From Lama guanicoe (Eukaryota): a DNA stretch of 64,000 nucleotides. Location of the stretch: positions 374,001 through 438,000 of the forward strand of contig MU053933.1 of the NCBI GenBank assembly GCA_013239625.1. Reading direction: 5' to 3'. This document shows, piece by piece, positions 11,389 through 22,600 of the stretch. How positions within the stretch are numbered: position 1 is the stretch's first letter; each line of letters starts with the position of its first letter. A program made the translations under genes and the position numbers. Below the pieces are notes generated by a model, which ran no database searches, was not told the DNA's origin, and saw only the letters and a program-made list of their open reading frames with translations.

Positions 11389-11697
11389 CAGCTGTCCCTC
11401 AGTGTCCATGGTGGACTGGTTCCTGGGCCCGTGCAGATACCAAAATCCATAGATACTCAAGTGCCTTATAAAAAATAGTGGAGTATTTGCATATAACCTA
11501 GGAACATCCTCCCGTATACTTTAAATCACCTCTAGATTACTTATAATACCTAATATGATGTAAATAGTTGCCAGTGAGCAGCAAACTCAAGTTTTGCTTT
11601 TTGGAACTTTCTGGATCCTTTTTTTTTTTGAGTATTTTTCCATCTGCGGTTGACTGAATGCATGGATGTGAAACCTGTGGATACAGAGGGCCAACTG
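11389..11697 (+). mobile_element. MER2-type (TcMar-Tigger) non-autonomous DNA transposon
   Basis: Imperfect TIRs CAGCTGTCCCTC...GAGGGCCAACTG flanked by TA on both sides (11387-88, 11698-99); internal MER2 motifs (gataccaaaatcc, atttgcatataaccta). Confidence 0.88.
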
Positions 11698-11949
11698 TAC
11701 AATACATCCCTTCCTGTGGGTTAGAGTCAGGACAGTCTGAGAGTCAGTGCTCCAGAGCAATCCACCCTCTGAGCCTCAGTTGTCCTCACTGTACAACAGG
11801 GATAATAATGTTACTGTGGGAATCATGAGAGGAAACAATAATTGCTCCATTTATTCAGCACCTACAACACACTACAAATTATATCAGCAACTTCACATGT
11901 CATTCACCTACTCACTTAAAAAAACAGCATCTGAGAAGGCCTGAAGGAC

Positions 11950-12550
11950 GCAGGGATGAGCCAGGAGGGTCACTGAGGGAGGAGCATTACATGCAGAGGA
12001 AAGAGCCAAAGTAACCGCAGGGCTGGAGCAAAGAGCTGAAGGAGCTGTGGATGGTGAAACTGAAAGAGTCTGAGGGGACACCGTGCAGGACTGGGTGGAC
12101 CCTGGAAGAATTACACCTTTCACCAGCAGTGAAATGGGCAGCCATTAGAAGATTCTGAGCAATAGAATGACAACAACCTGAATTGTTTCAAAAGGATCGC
12201 TCTGGCTTCTTTGCAGAGAATGGACCACAGCAAGCAGGGCAAGGATGAGAAGCTGAGAAATCAGCTGTGAGTCCACAGCAGTGACGCAGGTGAGTCAGGA
12301 CGGTGCCTGGACCGGCTAGGAGTCCACTGCAGTGACGCAGGTGAGACAGGATGGTGCCTGCACCAGAGTGGCAGCAATGGAGGTAGAGACAGTCATTAGG
12401 ATTTCCAATGGATTCACTGCAGAGGATAAGGTGAGGAGATAAGGATGTCTCCAAGGTTTCTGCCAGAGCTGGAAGGAGGTCCTTACTTGAGATGAAGTTT
12501 GACAGGAAAATCAGATCAGAATTTTTTCAGGAATTGAGTTGAGATACTCG
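11950..12550 (-). mobile_element. L2 LINE fragment
   Basis: Typical L2 phrases (aaaaggatcgctctggct, gtggcagcaatggaggtagaga, tccaaggtttctg). Confidence 0.6.
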
Positions 12551-12569
12551 AAATGTGAGCAAGAACCTA

Positions 12570-12710
12570 TTCGTTACTGTACCCTTTGTGGGCATCCATT
12601 CCTTTCACTTTCCCTGCAGCTTTCCTTGTGCTTCTTGGGTAACTTCCCGAATAAACATCGACATCTGAATCCTTGTACCAGGGCCTGCTTTCGGGGAACC
12701 CAAACTAAGA
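12570..12710 (+). mobile_element. ERVL LTR 3' end (LTR16-like)
   Basis: aataaa...aatccttgtaccagggcctgctttcggggaacccaaactaaga. Confidence 0.55.
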
Positions 12711-13244
12711 AACCAAGGGAACCTGAAATCACAGTTGTAGGCTCAGGGACTCTGAGGACTAAACCAGGTGAGACCTTCCACCCTGGACAGGAAGCAATAC
12801 TAATCCACACACCACCCACTCCCTGTCCCTACAGGCCCCCAAAGCATTTTCTCACTTCTTTCTTGTTCAGAGAGGTTTCCTTCTTTTGCTTTCTTCAAAT
12901 AATCATGATCCCTATTTTTGTGCTAAGTAACTGCTTCCAATCCCTAAACCACAGGCTTCTATACTCCTTGAACAAAAACAGAGAATTAGGGAAAAACAAG
13001 TCACTGAGAGCTGAGTTGCAAGAGGAATAGTCAGTGTCACTGAATATTATTTGGAATTTAAAACTATTCATTCGACTATAACCGCCATTTAGAGTCACCA
13101 GTGAGAGTGCCTGCTTAAAAACTGGTTGAGCACGTCCAAATCCCTGACAACCAGTGCAGAATGACTCCAAGTATCGATCTTCCATTCCACTCCCAAAACA
13201 CCACCTGGACATTCATACTAGGAATATTTGAGTGCTACATACTA

Positions 13245-13450
13245 CTGCAGACACTCTTCATGCATCAACTCAATACTTACACCAACGCTAGGAGGCAGTA
13301 CTATTATTATCCCCACTTTACAGCTGAGTAAACTGAGGCAAAGAGGGTGAAGCATCTTGCTCAAGGTCACACAGATGATCAGAAGCAGAGCAGGATTCAC
13401 ACCAGGTGATCTGGCTCCAGAGGCCACAGTCTTAGCCCTCACACCATCAC
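13245..13450 (-). mobile_element. MIR SINE
   Basis: Clear MIR core: tattattatccccactttacagctgagtaaactgaggc...tgctcaaggtcacacag. Confidence 0.88.
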
Positions 13451-16400
13451 ACCTCTAGTTTCCTCTTTTAATTCGCACATACACACCTGTGCTAGGCACT
13501 GCCATCACCCCTGCTTTACATCAGAAACGGAGGGATCAAGAGCCTAAGTCACCCCGTTAACAGTGGGGCTGGCGTCTGGCCCCAGAGCCTGGACTCTTAG
13601 TCACCGCTTACACACGTCCCACAGCCAGGCACCGCCGAGCGTGTGCTAGAACCGGCCAGACACGGGAGGCGTCGGCACGGTCCCGCCTCACGGCCTCCGT
13701 CTTGTGTCCATCCCCCATCGCGCTCCAAAGCACTGGGTGGTAGAGTGCGGAGCTACAGAGGGAGTGCAGGTGATGACCCTGGATCCAGGTTGGAGGAAGG
13801 TCAAGGAAGGCATTCTACGAAAGAAGTTTCCTGAACCAGCAGGAGTCAGAAAACGTGGGAAGAGTGAGGAAGGAAGGGTGAAGGATACTTCAAGGACAGG
13901 AGCACTGGGTCCAGCGCAGAGATAAGACCAAGGGCCTGGCTGGAGCAAGGACACACGTAGGGGAGGGCAGGTGGTGAGGCTGCGGAGGGGAGGGAGACGT
14001 GGGGGTCCTGGGGGCAAAAGTAAGGCCCCCCCAAGGGCTATCAGAGGAGAGTGACCCCCTCTGTCCTCTCAGGAGCCCAGCACAAGGGCTCTAGGTTAGG
14101 CTCTGGGGTCACAGGAGCATGCAGAGTTGTCCAGCCTCCTCACCTTCCAGAGACGCTTGCTTTTATCTTTTAATTCAATCATCAAAACTTAACAACGGTC
14201 CCTTTCCTGGTTAAGCTGCAAAAAATTAACATTTTGGACTTTTGTGTTTAATGACACAGTAGGTATGTTTATTGAGTTTAACAACTTCATTAAAAATATA
14301 AAATGCTATATACTAAGAATGAAGGCAGAAAGGGGAAAAAGTCATGACTGCTGAATGTCAGGAGATAGCCCAGAAAACCCTCTGTGGCTGGCGGATGTAC
14401 CGACTGAGTTCTCAAACCCGCCTGCTTTTCCGCTCTTCAGACTCAGATAAGGACAGCTCTAGTGCTGGAGGTGCTTTCTCCCCCCAAATCTGCTGGTTCA
14501 AACCCGATCTCTCGTGTATGCCTTACTTATGAACAAGCAGGACCCCTGTCTGACAGACGACAGCACACCACAAATCTGAAGGCTCTCAGTATAAATGCTT
14601 GCTGTCACCACGTCCCCATCCCCTCCTTTCCCGCTGCTCACCTCCACCCCTCACTGCAGGAGCTCCTGCCACCACTTCTGTCATGGTGGAGAACTCTGGT
14701 GCTCTTACAAGAAAAGTGGGTAGGCGTGGAAGAGAAGGCCTCTTTACCACAGAAAAAGCTGAGTAAATCCTCCAGGAAAACCAGATTCTGAAACGGGGCT
14801 GGTTTGTTTACCACTCGGACCCCTGCACACAGATACCTTTCCGAACTCCCAAAATTGCTTGAATTGTTTCTATGTCATGTTATTTCCTGATATTTCAAAA
14901 TGGGAGAATCTTTACGGTTAACAATTCATGGAAGTCACTACAGCTCCATGGAAAAGACTTTCAAATTAGTCTGCTTGTCTGAAATCCTGGCTCTGCCACC
15001 TACTAGGTGTGTAACCCGGTAAAGACCACTAGACTGGGTACTAGTCTCCTTTACCTGTTCAGTGGGGCTAGCGCTGCGCACCACACAGAATTCTTACGAA
15101 GAACAAAAGATGCCACACGTCTGCCAGCTCCTGGCATGTACAGTGTTTCCCGTGTGGCAAGCCCTTTACTTCCTCCTCCTCCTCCTCTCCTGAATGTCTC
15201 CGGGGGCTGCCACAAGCTCCTATCACAAGAAGACGTGGTGACGGGAGGTGAGTAAGCTGGCTGGTGGCCTCTTGTCCAGGGACACACATTCCCGGGGTAG
15301 GAGAGACGTGTAAGATTAAGTATAATGGAAGATACAAAAAGTGCTATGAGAACACTGATTTCAGGAAGCAGTGCATTTGGCCCGGGGTGGGGTGGGATGG
15401 GAGGTTAGATGAGTGAACGGGGGAGGGGGGACATCCAGGAAGATGTGGGACACATCGCTCCCTGGACTATTAAAATACTGAAGGTTCCATTCTTCACCAT
15501 TCTGCTACAGATCCTTCTCAGAAATACGCATCTGACATTGCCAGGGCTTAAAATCTCCAGAAGGCTTGCCCTGGCTTGAAGTTCCAATTCCCTACAAAGG
15601 CTACAAAGCCTTTCACAACTGGAGTCTAATAAATTATTTCATCCCATCACCTCAAATTCCTCAGGTACCAAATGCTAAGAGGGGCAGGGAATTCGTATCT
15701 TAGTACAAGTTAATTCAGTGCAAACAACTTCCTCTTTAAACCAATTGCAAGAAGTTAAGATTTTTAAGGAGATAGAGGGAAGGTAGGCAATTCTGGAATA
15801 CAGACCATTCTGGGGATACAAATGGAAGAAAGCAAAGCAGAGCTATGCACTTGGCTAAAAGGACCCTAGGAGGTGAATGAGGGGCCCAGGAAGAGAGATG
15901 GGGAGGGACCAGAACGTCACCAGCTTGTGAGTTTGGGAGACTAGCACTTAGGCTGGTGGCAGAGCTAAGGTGCATCACCAATCAAGTCCACTCCAAGAGG
16001 AGCCCACAAAGCCCTCACTTCTAGCTCTAAGGGAAGTGTCTCTTTGCATCTGAAACGTTCAGCTGAGGCCGAACTCTGGGCACACAGTCCTTTAGAATGC
16101 TGGGGACTGCTTGCACAGTCCTGGCCGTGACAATGGGAAAAAGCAGGAATGCATATAACACAGAGCAAACACTTAGAAAAACAAAACACCTACACTTGAC
16201 TTTGGAATACAAACACACGCACCGCGCTGCTCACCCCAAGCCCTAACCCCTGGACTTAGCCCTGAGTCTCTCATCTGATGTCACCGTTAGATGGTGACAG
16301 GAAGTCGGCTCTGACTTTAGGCCTTATCATCACTCACTCAGAGACAATGCCGATATCCAGACATCATCTAGAGCTCCTCAGATTTCAAAGCTGGCCTCAC

Positions 16401-17074
16401 TTATCTGACCCTTCAGGAGAAGTGATGTCACTCCCTCGGACTCCATTTCGCACTCGGCCAATCTCTCTAGAGAAGGCCCGATTTTGGTCCAAGGGTGTGT
16501 GCTCGCTCTGGGTGTCTGGCAGAGCACACCTCAGGGAACAGAGCAGCCTCTTGTTTTGTTCTGGCCCCGGGAGCCGTTCCCCCTCCTGCTGGACCCCCTA
16601 CCCCCGGCTGCCCTGAGTGGTCTGATGCCCTGTGCTCCCCTAGCTCAGGGCTGGGCACACAACCAAAGCTAAGCCCACTATGAACCTGGAATACGGGCTG
16701 AGAACAACAACAAAGGCAGCCAGTGAGTGGAGCTGATTTATCTCGGCCGTGGCCTGGAAACACAGCCTGCAGGGCCCACTACAGATTTCTGCAGTTTCCT
16801 TGGTTTTTGTCCTTCCTGGACCAATTCTTCAGCTTTTTCCTTCAACCTCAAAAGCAACCCTGTATCTTTAAAATAGATTTTTTTTTCTATTCAAGCTGGC
16901 CTGTCAGTTTCTGTTCTTGTTATTAAAGGAGCTAAGTAACATATCTCCTAGTGGTATTCACTCCTCCTATCACGCTCTCCAAGTCCATCTGTTGTAACAC
17001 TGCTGCTAGACTGAGCCTTCTAAAATGAAGCTTTGATCATTCATTGGATGTACACATTCAGTATTACTATTACT

Positions 17075-17360
17075 AATTCAATTTATTTATTGGGCTCCTA
17101 TTATGTGCAAGGCATAGTTAGACATACCTGAAATACAGGGGTGCACAGAACAGACAAGCCCCCCACTTTCTAGTGGGGTAAATCAGATGACGAATAAGGA
17201 AACAAAAAAAGGTAACTTCTGATTGTGCTAAGAGCTATACTGGAAATAAATAGGGTGCTATGACTGGGTGCCATAAACAGGGTGCTATAACTGGGTGCCG
17301 TAACCAGGGTTTGGAGAAGATGGCCAGGAAATACGACATTTTAGCTGAGACCTAAGACCT
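17075..17360 (-). mobile_element. L2 3' end fragment
   Basis: attcaatttatttattgggctcctattatgtgcaaggca... Confidence 0.65.
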
Positions 17361-17677
17361 GAGTAAAAACAAATAAAATGATAAAAACAACTTCTCTATT
17401 AGGTTAAAATGCAACATTTTAAAAACATGGACTTCAAGGCTCTGAAAATCTGGTTTCAAACTACTTGTAAATTTTTCTTCCCCTCAGTTACCGCCCAGTG
17501 GCGACTTCCTGCCTCGGATGCTTGGTCTCCAAGACACAGCCTGTGGGACCTGCCTCTTCCACCACCCAATCTGGAATGTCCTGGGCCTCCTCCACCTCCT
17601 CCACCGGACACCACTCAGCTGAACATCACTCATCTGTCAAAGCTCAGCTCAAGGTCCATTTCATCCAGGAAGCCGCC

Positions 17678-18050
17678 TGTCGTGGGCCAGACCATGTTCC
17701 CCACAATTCATATGCTGAAGCCCCAACACCTCAGAATGTCAGCGTATCTGGAGACCAGGTCTTTGAAGAGACAGTTAAGTTATAATGAGGTCTCAAGGGG
17801 GTGCCCTAATCCAACATGACTGGTGCTCCTGCGAGATGCAGAAATGAGGACACACACACAGAGAGGGGCCATGTGAAGTCAGGCAGGACCACCATCTATG
17901 AGCCATGCAGAGAGGCCTCAGTAGAAACCAACCCTGCCACAACCTTCATCTTGGACTCCTAGGCTCCAAAACTGAACTATGAGAAACACACTTCTGTTGT
18001 TGCACCCCCAGGTGTGGTGCTGTCCCAGCAGCCCTACCAACTAACATGCA
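17678..18050 (+). mobile_element. MaLR LTR (MLT1B-like)
   Basis: aattcatatgctgaagcccc...tggagaccaggtctttgaagag...ccctaatccaacatgactggtg...aaccaaccctgcc. Confidence 0.85.
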
Positions 18051-19881
18051 CGCCTTCCTTGACCACTGCAGTTTACAGTGAGCAAAGCCCCTCCAACCCC
18101 AGCACTACCCGGAGCGACGCCACGTGCAAGGTTTATTCAGTGCCACACAGGGTGAGCTGCTTGTCCCCCCAGCGGAAATGTAACTTATTTAAGAACTAAG
18201 AATCTATTCAGTATCTTTTGACACGATGCCCGACAGGTTATCTTACACAATACACAGCTGTTGCCTTTCCTGTACTCTGACACTCTAGTTAAATGCAGGA
18301 GTGGAAGTTGTGCCTTTTATTTGTTTTCCTAAAGTTGGTCCCATCACTCAGTGCCCTTTAGAATACTGCGTTGATTTTTCTATGACTCCCGAGATAAAAC
18401 CCAAACTCTACAGACCGGCATACAAGGGTCTTCATGTTCTGATCGCAACTTATCTCTTCACCCATACTGGACACTCCTGACCTGCACACCCAATTTCCAC
18501 CAACTAGCTTTCTCACCTTTCTTCTACTTGGCTAACTTCTACAGAAAGATCCAGCTGAAATGTCACCGTAAGCCAGGCAGGCGTCTACTGGGCAAAGAGA
18601 GAACTCATTACTGAGGCCGAGGCCGGGACTGGCTCACCTGTACGGCTCCAGCATCCATCCCAGAACTCACCAGGTGGCAGCTTTTTTTTTGTAGGAGTGC
18701 TTGTGGCTTTAAATCCTACTGGTCGATGACTCCCAAATCTGTTTGTCTGCTCAGACTTCTCCTCGGGACTCTTCCATCACAGGCTACCCTACCTGTCCAG
18801 GACGGTACATATGCCCCATCCCTACCTCTGCCCACACACCTGCCTGTCCTCACATATTCCCTACTTAGCTCGTGTGCTGCCAACCACCAGGCCTCCCAAA
18901 CTAGAAACCTCTTCTCTTCCCTCTAGCCAGTGACCACACCTGTCAAGCCTTGCTCGTACACAGCTCTAGAGTTTGGTCTCAACCCCATTGGCTTTGGGGC
19001 CAACTAAAATTGTTCCTCCAGTCATCTCCCCCTCATCCAGAGACTCTCTCAATAAATTAGCCCCTCTTTTGTTACACGCCTAATATGTCCTGCCACAAAC
19101 AGGGCATAAAGTTCCTCAAGAGCAGGGGTTATATCCTTTCCAACTTTCAGATAGCACACTATACATTCAACAGTGCTAAAAGAATGAATTAGAGATTTAG
19201 TTAATGTCAGGTATGCATGATGATAATCACCTACAATGATATATGTACGTACATTCTGGGAGCCACGATAACTGCTTTATAACTGAGAATTCCCGTATCA
19301 TTGCACTCCCTCAGTTTAACTTTCTATTTGTGATCTTCAAATAATACTTAATTTAAGGTAACAAATGAGAAAGGATGCAGAAGGTGACTTAAGATGTCAA
19401 TTATGAAAAATGCCAAGGCAAGGCCAAATGACAGCATCCTCCATGAATCAAGGTGTCCAGTCATTGGAAGATGGGTCTAGTGAGATAACTGAGTGATGGT
19501 CCAGAACCCAGCAACAGAGGTCACTTCAGAGGAAGCCACACCATACTCCTGCTGTAAAGGGCAGACTGACTTTTAGCAAAGCATCATCTGTCTCATGGAT
19601 ATGATAATTGATTTTATTTTTTAGTTGAGTATTAGCTCTGGTTTGATTATTTTTGAAAAACATTAAATGTAAGCATTTTAATGTAAAAAAATTGAATTAT
19701 TTTAAAGTAAACCAATGCCCCAAATTTCTACTCTTTTTAATATCAATACTTGGGTAGTGTAGTACTTAAATTTAAATGTAATGACTATTAGTCATTAAGA
19801 TGGATGAAACATTTACTCTAAGCATCAGAGATTAAAAGTTTTAAAAAATAACTGTCCACGGGTAATCTTTCTAAAATGGAT

Positions 19882-19997
19882 GCGTGCTCCTATACGACTG
19901 AAGTATTTATTGTGCTGTACACCAGAAACTGACACAGTGTAAACTGACTATACTTCCATTTAAAAAAAAATTTAAAAATTCCAATAAATAAATAAAT
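19882..19997 (+). mobile_element. Very short 5'-truncated lineage-specific L1 3' end with A-rich tail
   Basis: gctgtacaccagaaactgacacagtgtaaactgactatacttc + A/(AAAT)n tail, shared with copies at 27.6 and 39.5 kb; flanked by AAATGGAT direct repeat. Confidence 0.75.
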
Positions 19998-21229
19998 AAA
20001 TGGATTAACCTACTTTCTTCCAAACAAGGAACCAGAATACAACGCTAGTTCCTTGTGGATGACTCAGGGTCATGGTTATGAACAATCACTGGACTCTGCT
20101 GAATAGGTTGGTGCCCTCATTTGCTAGAAGTGAGGAGGGGCTGTTAGCTCCTGCCCTAAGACCCCCCCAGGCTGCTATACTGAGCGGGGTCTGGTTAATG
20201 TCTTCTCCCACCTCCCACTGCCAGGCAATCGCGCTGGAGAATGTCTCTAAAATCACCCCACCCCCATACGTGCTGCAACAGTGGCATCCTCCAGAACCAC
20301 GCGGCCCGGTGGTTGGAGTGCATAGCAACCCGGTTAAGGGCCAGGACTGAGGGGCGCTCCTGCGGTCAAAGGCTTGCTCTTTGGTAGTAGTCTAGGGAAC
20401 CTGCTCTAGATAAGCGGTCTGAGTGATAAGAGAAAACCACCATGGGGACTCCGGCCAGCCGAGGTCTTTGGGCTGGGGTCTCCAGGGCGGCTGGTCGCGA
20501 CGCACCCCACCCCACCGCCTCCGGTTGCAGATTTCGGACTGGGGCTTTCTCGAGTGGGGAGCCCTCCGCATTCCGCAGAGGCGCTTGCGGGCCAGCGGAG
20601 AGACTGTGCCCTGCGGCGGGCGGCGGAGGGTCGGGGAAGCGGGTCCGCTCGGGGGTTTGCGGAAGGCACGCCCGGGGGTCTGCGGAGGGCCGGCCCGGGG
20701 CAAGCAGTCCACTCTGGTCATTGGTTGGTTGTGCCGGCGGCCGCCAGGCGGGGCCCGAGGGGCGGTGGGACAGCGGCGCAGGCCGCGGCAGGTGCGGGGT
20801 CCCACCGCCCCCCAGCTTCCGCGCACACTGCCGCGCAACGGCGGACATCTCCACGCGGGCCGGGACGGAGCACGCGCCCGCGGCCGGAAGGCGCCCCAAC
20901 AGCTCCGCGCAGGGGCACCTGGCCCGGCGAGGGAAGCCCAGTGAGGGACGGAGCGTGCGCAGTGGCGAGGGCGAGGCCAAGTGCGGGCAAGGAGCATGCG
21001 CAGTGTGAAGGCACGATCGGCTACGTGGGAGCCCGGGGCATGCTCGGTGAGAGCCGCGCCCGGCGCACGCGCAGAAGCACTCGGAGCCCGCAACCCGCTG
21101 GCGGAGAGAAAAAGGAGGAGAGAAATCACCTCAGAGTTACGTCAGGAAAGGCCGCGTTTTGCGGGGAGGCTGTGGCCTCCCACGGAGCCCCGCAGTTCTC
21201 CTGGGGCGAGGGGCGTGACAGTTACTCAC

Positions 21230-21335
21230 CGGTCTTCAGCCCCGAGGCAGGCACCGGGCCCCTTTCCGCTCACACTCGGCTCGCGCGCGCCGCAGCCGCC
21301 GCTGCCGCTGTGATTCCATCCATCTTGAATTTGAC
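21230..21335 (-). other. ZBTB21: Non-coding exon 1 (5'UTR) of ZBTB21; 5' end approximate
   Basis: Lies in the CpG island directly downstream (minus sense) of a CRE/E-box/CCAAT/GC-box cluster and ends at donor CCG|GTGAGT (21229-21224). Confidence 0.75.
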
Positions 21336-21426
21336 GTCATCCCACACCAGGGATGAGGTCATCGCAGGCAGCGCTCGTCACGTGCGCGGCTCTGCGATTG
21401 GCCGCCAGGCGCCGGGGGGCGGGGCG
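21332..21426 (-). promoter_or_regulatory. Proximal promoter motif cluster: CRE, CRE-like, E-box, CCAAT, GC box
   Basis: TGACGTCA 21332-21339; GATGAGGTCATC 21352-21363; GTCACGTG 21377-21384; ATTGG 21397-21401; GGGGCGGGGC ~21416-21425. No TATA box seen. Confidence 0.75.
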
Positions 21427-22477
21427 AGGGAGGCGCGCGGCGCGGAGGGCCGGGCGAGGGCGGGCCTGACGGGAGCCGGGGCGCCGCTGCCGCGTCGTGC
21501 CGCGCGCCTTCCGCCCGTTTCCTCCTCCCGCCGCCGCCCGTGGGCCGCCCGGAGAGGAGGCGGCGGGGAGAGCGCCGCGAAGACACGCGCCCGGCGGGGC
21601 TAGCGGGTGGCGCCTCCCCACGCCGGCCCCGCGCGTGGCCGCCGCTCGCCCCTCGGAGGGCAGTTCTCCGACGGCAGCGCCGCGGTGCTCGGCTCCAGGT
21701 GCCTCCCGGCCGGTCGCCGCCGCACCCGCGCGGCCCGCGGACCCGCCGGGAGCGACCTTGAGCCCCGACACTTCTCCCACCTGGGCGGTCGGGTCGCCAG
21801 GGCCCTCGGGCGTGTCCTGGCTGAACAAGGCCTCCAGGTTCCTGCCGCTGGAGCAGGTTGGGCAGCCGCTTGTCACCCAAGTGTGGCATCTGCTTGCCAG
21901 CTGCGTGTTCACGGACAGAACCGCTCACCTGTACTGGGCATCGAGTTGATCACCGCGCAGTCAACTTACTTTCTCAAATACCAGTTCTCGTTGCGTATCT
22001 CACAGACTGCCCTTTTCTTGCATGAACATCACAAGTCCATCAGTTAGAAAACTCAATTCACTTTCATACAAAACCAGGAAATTAGTAGAAGTGCCAACCT
22101 GCAAACACTAACTGTACAGAAAGGTTCTGTTGGACAAGCTAACCGAACATGGTCACCAGATGGCTGTGTTCCTCAAAGCTGGAACAGATCAGATTGCAAG
22201 GGGAAGGGGCTTGCCTTTTGAAGCGATCGTTTCAGGACAGATGTTTAAGTTTTTGGATTTAAATCTATGTTATTTAATATTTTTTAAATGTCTTAATTTT
22301 CAAATTAATTTTTAAAGCAACCTATGCATGTTACCCTAGGTAAAATAATTTATGAAATGTTTGGGGAATATGTGTGAAATAACCTTGCCTGAGGTTGATA
22401 AAAATTAAAGAATTGTTCTGAAATTAACAGCTCTATTGTCAATTGTTTTAGTTTCAGTCATTTTAAGAGGCCCTAGA

Positions 22478-22600
22478 GGGGGAGATATAGTCCAGAGGTA
22501 GCACATTTGCTTAGCATGCGGGAGGTCCTAGGCTCAATCCCTAGTACCTCCTCTAAAAATAAATTAATAAATAAACATAATTACCACCCCCCCGCCCACA
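22478..22600 (+). mobile_element. tRNA-derived camelid SINE (vic-1-like)
   Basis: gggggagatatagtccagaggtag...cttagcatgcgggaggtcctaggctcaatccctagtacctcc + AT-rich tail with taattacc. Confidence 0.8.

Larger units (their letters stand above)
20400..21830. promoter_or_regulatory. CpG island / ZBTB21 promoter
   Basis: About 1.4 kb of very GC-rich, CpG-dense sequence spanning exon 1. Confidence 0.92.

Noticed and set aside
20366..22047. Many overlapping 100-350 aa ORFs
   Set aside because: Stop-codon depletion in a CpG island; Ala/Arg/Gly/Pro-rich with no homology I recognise.
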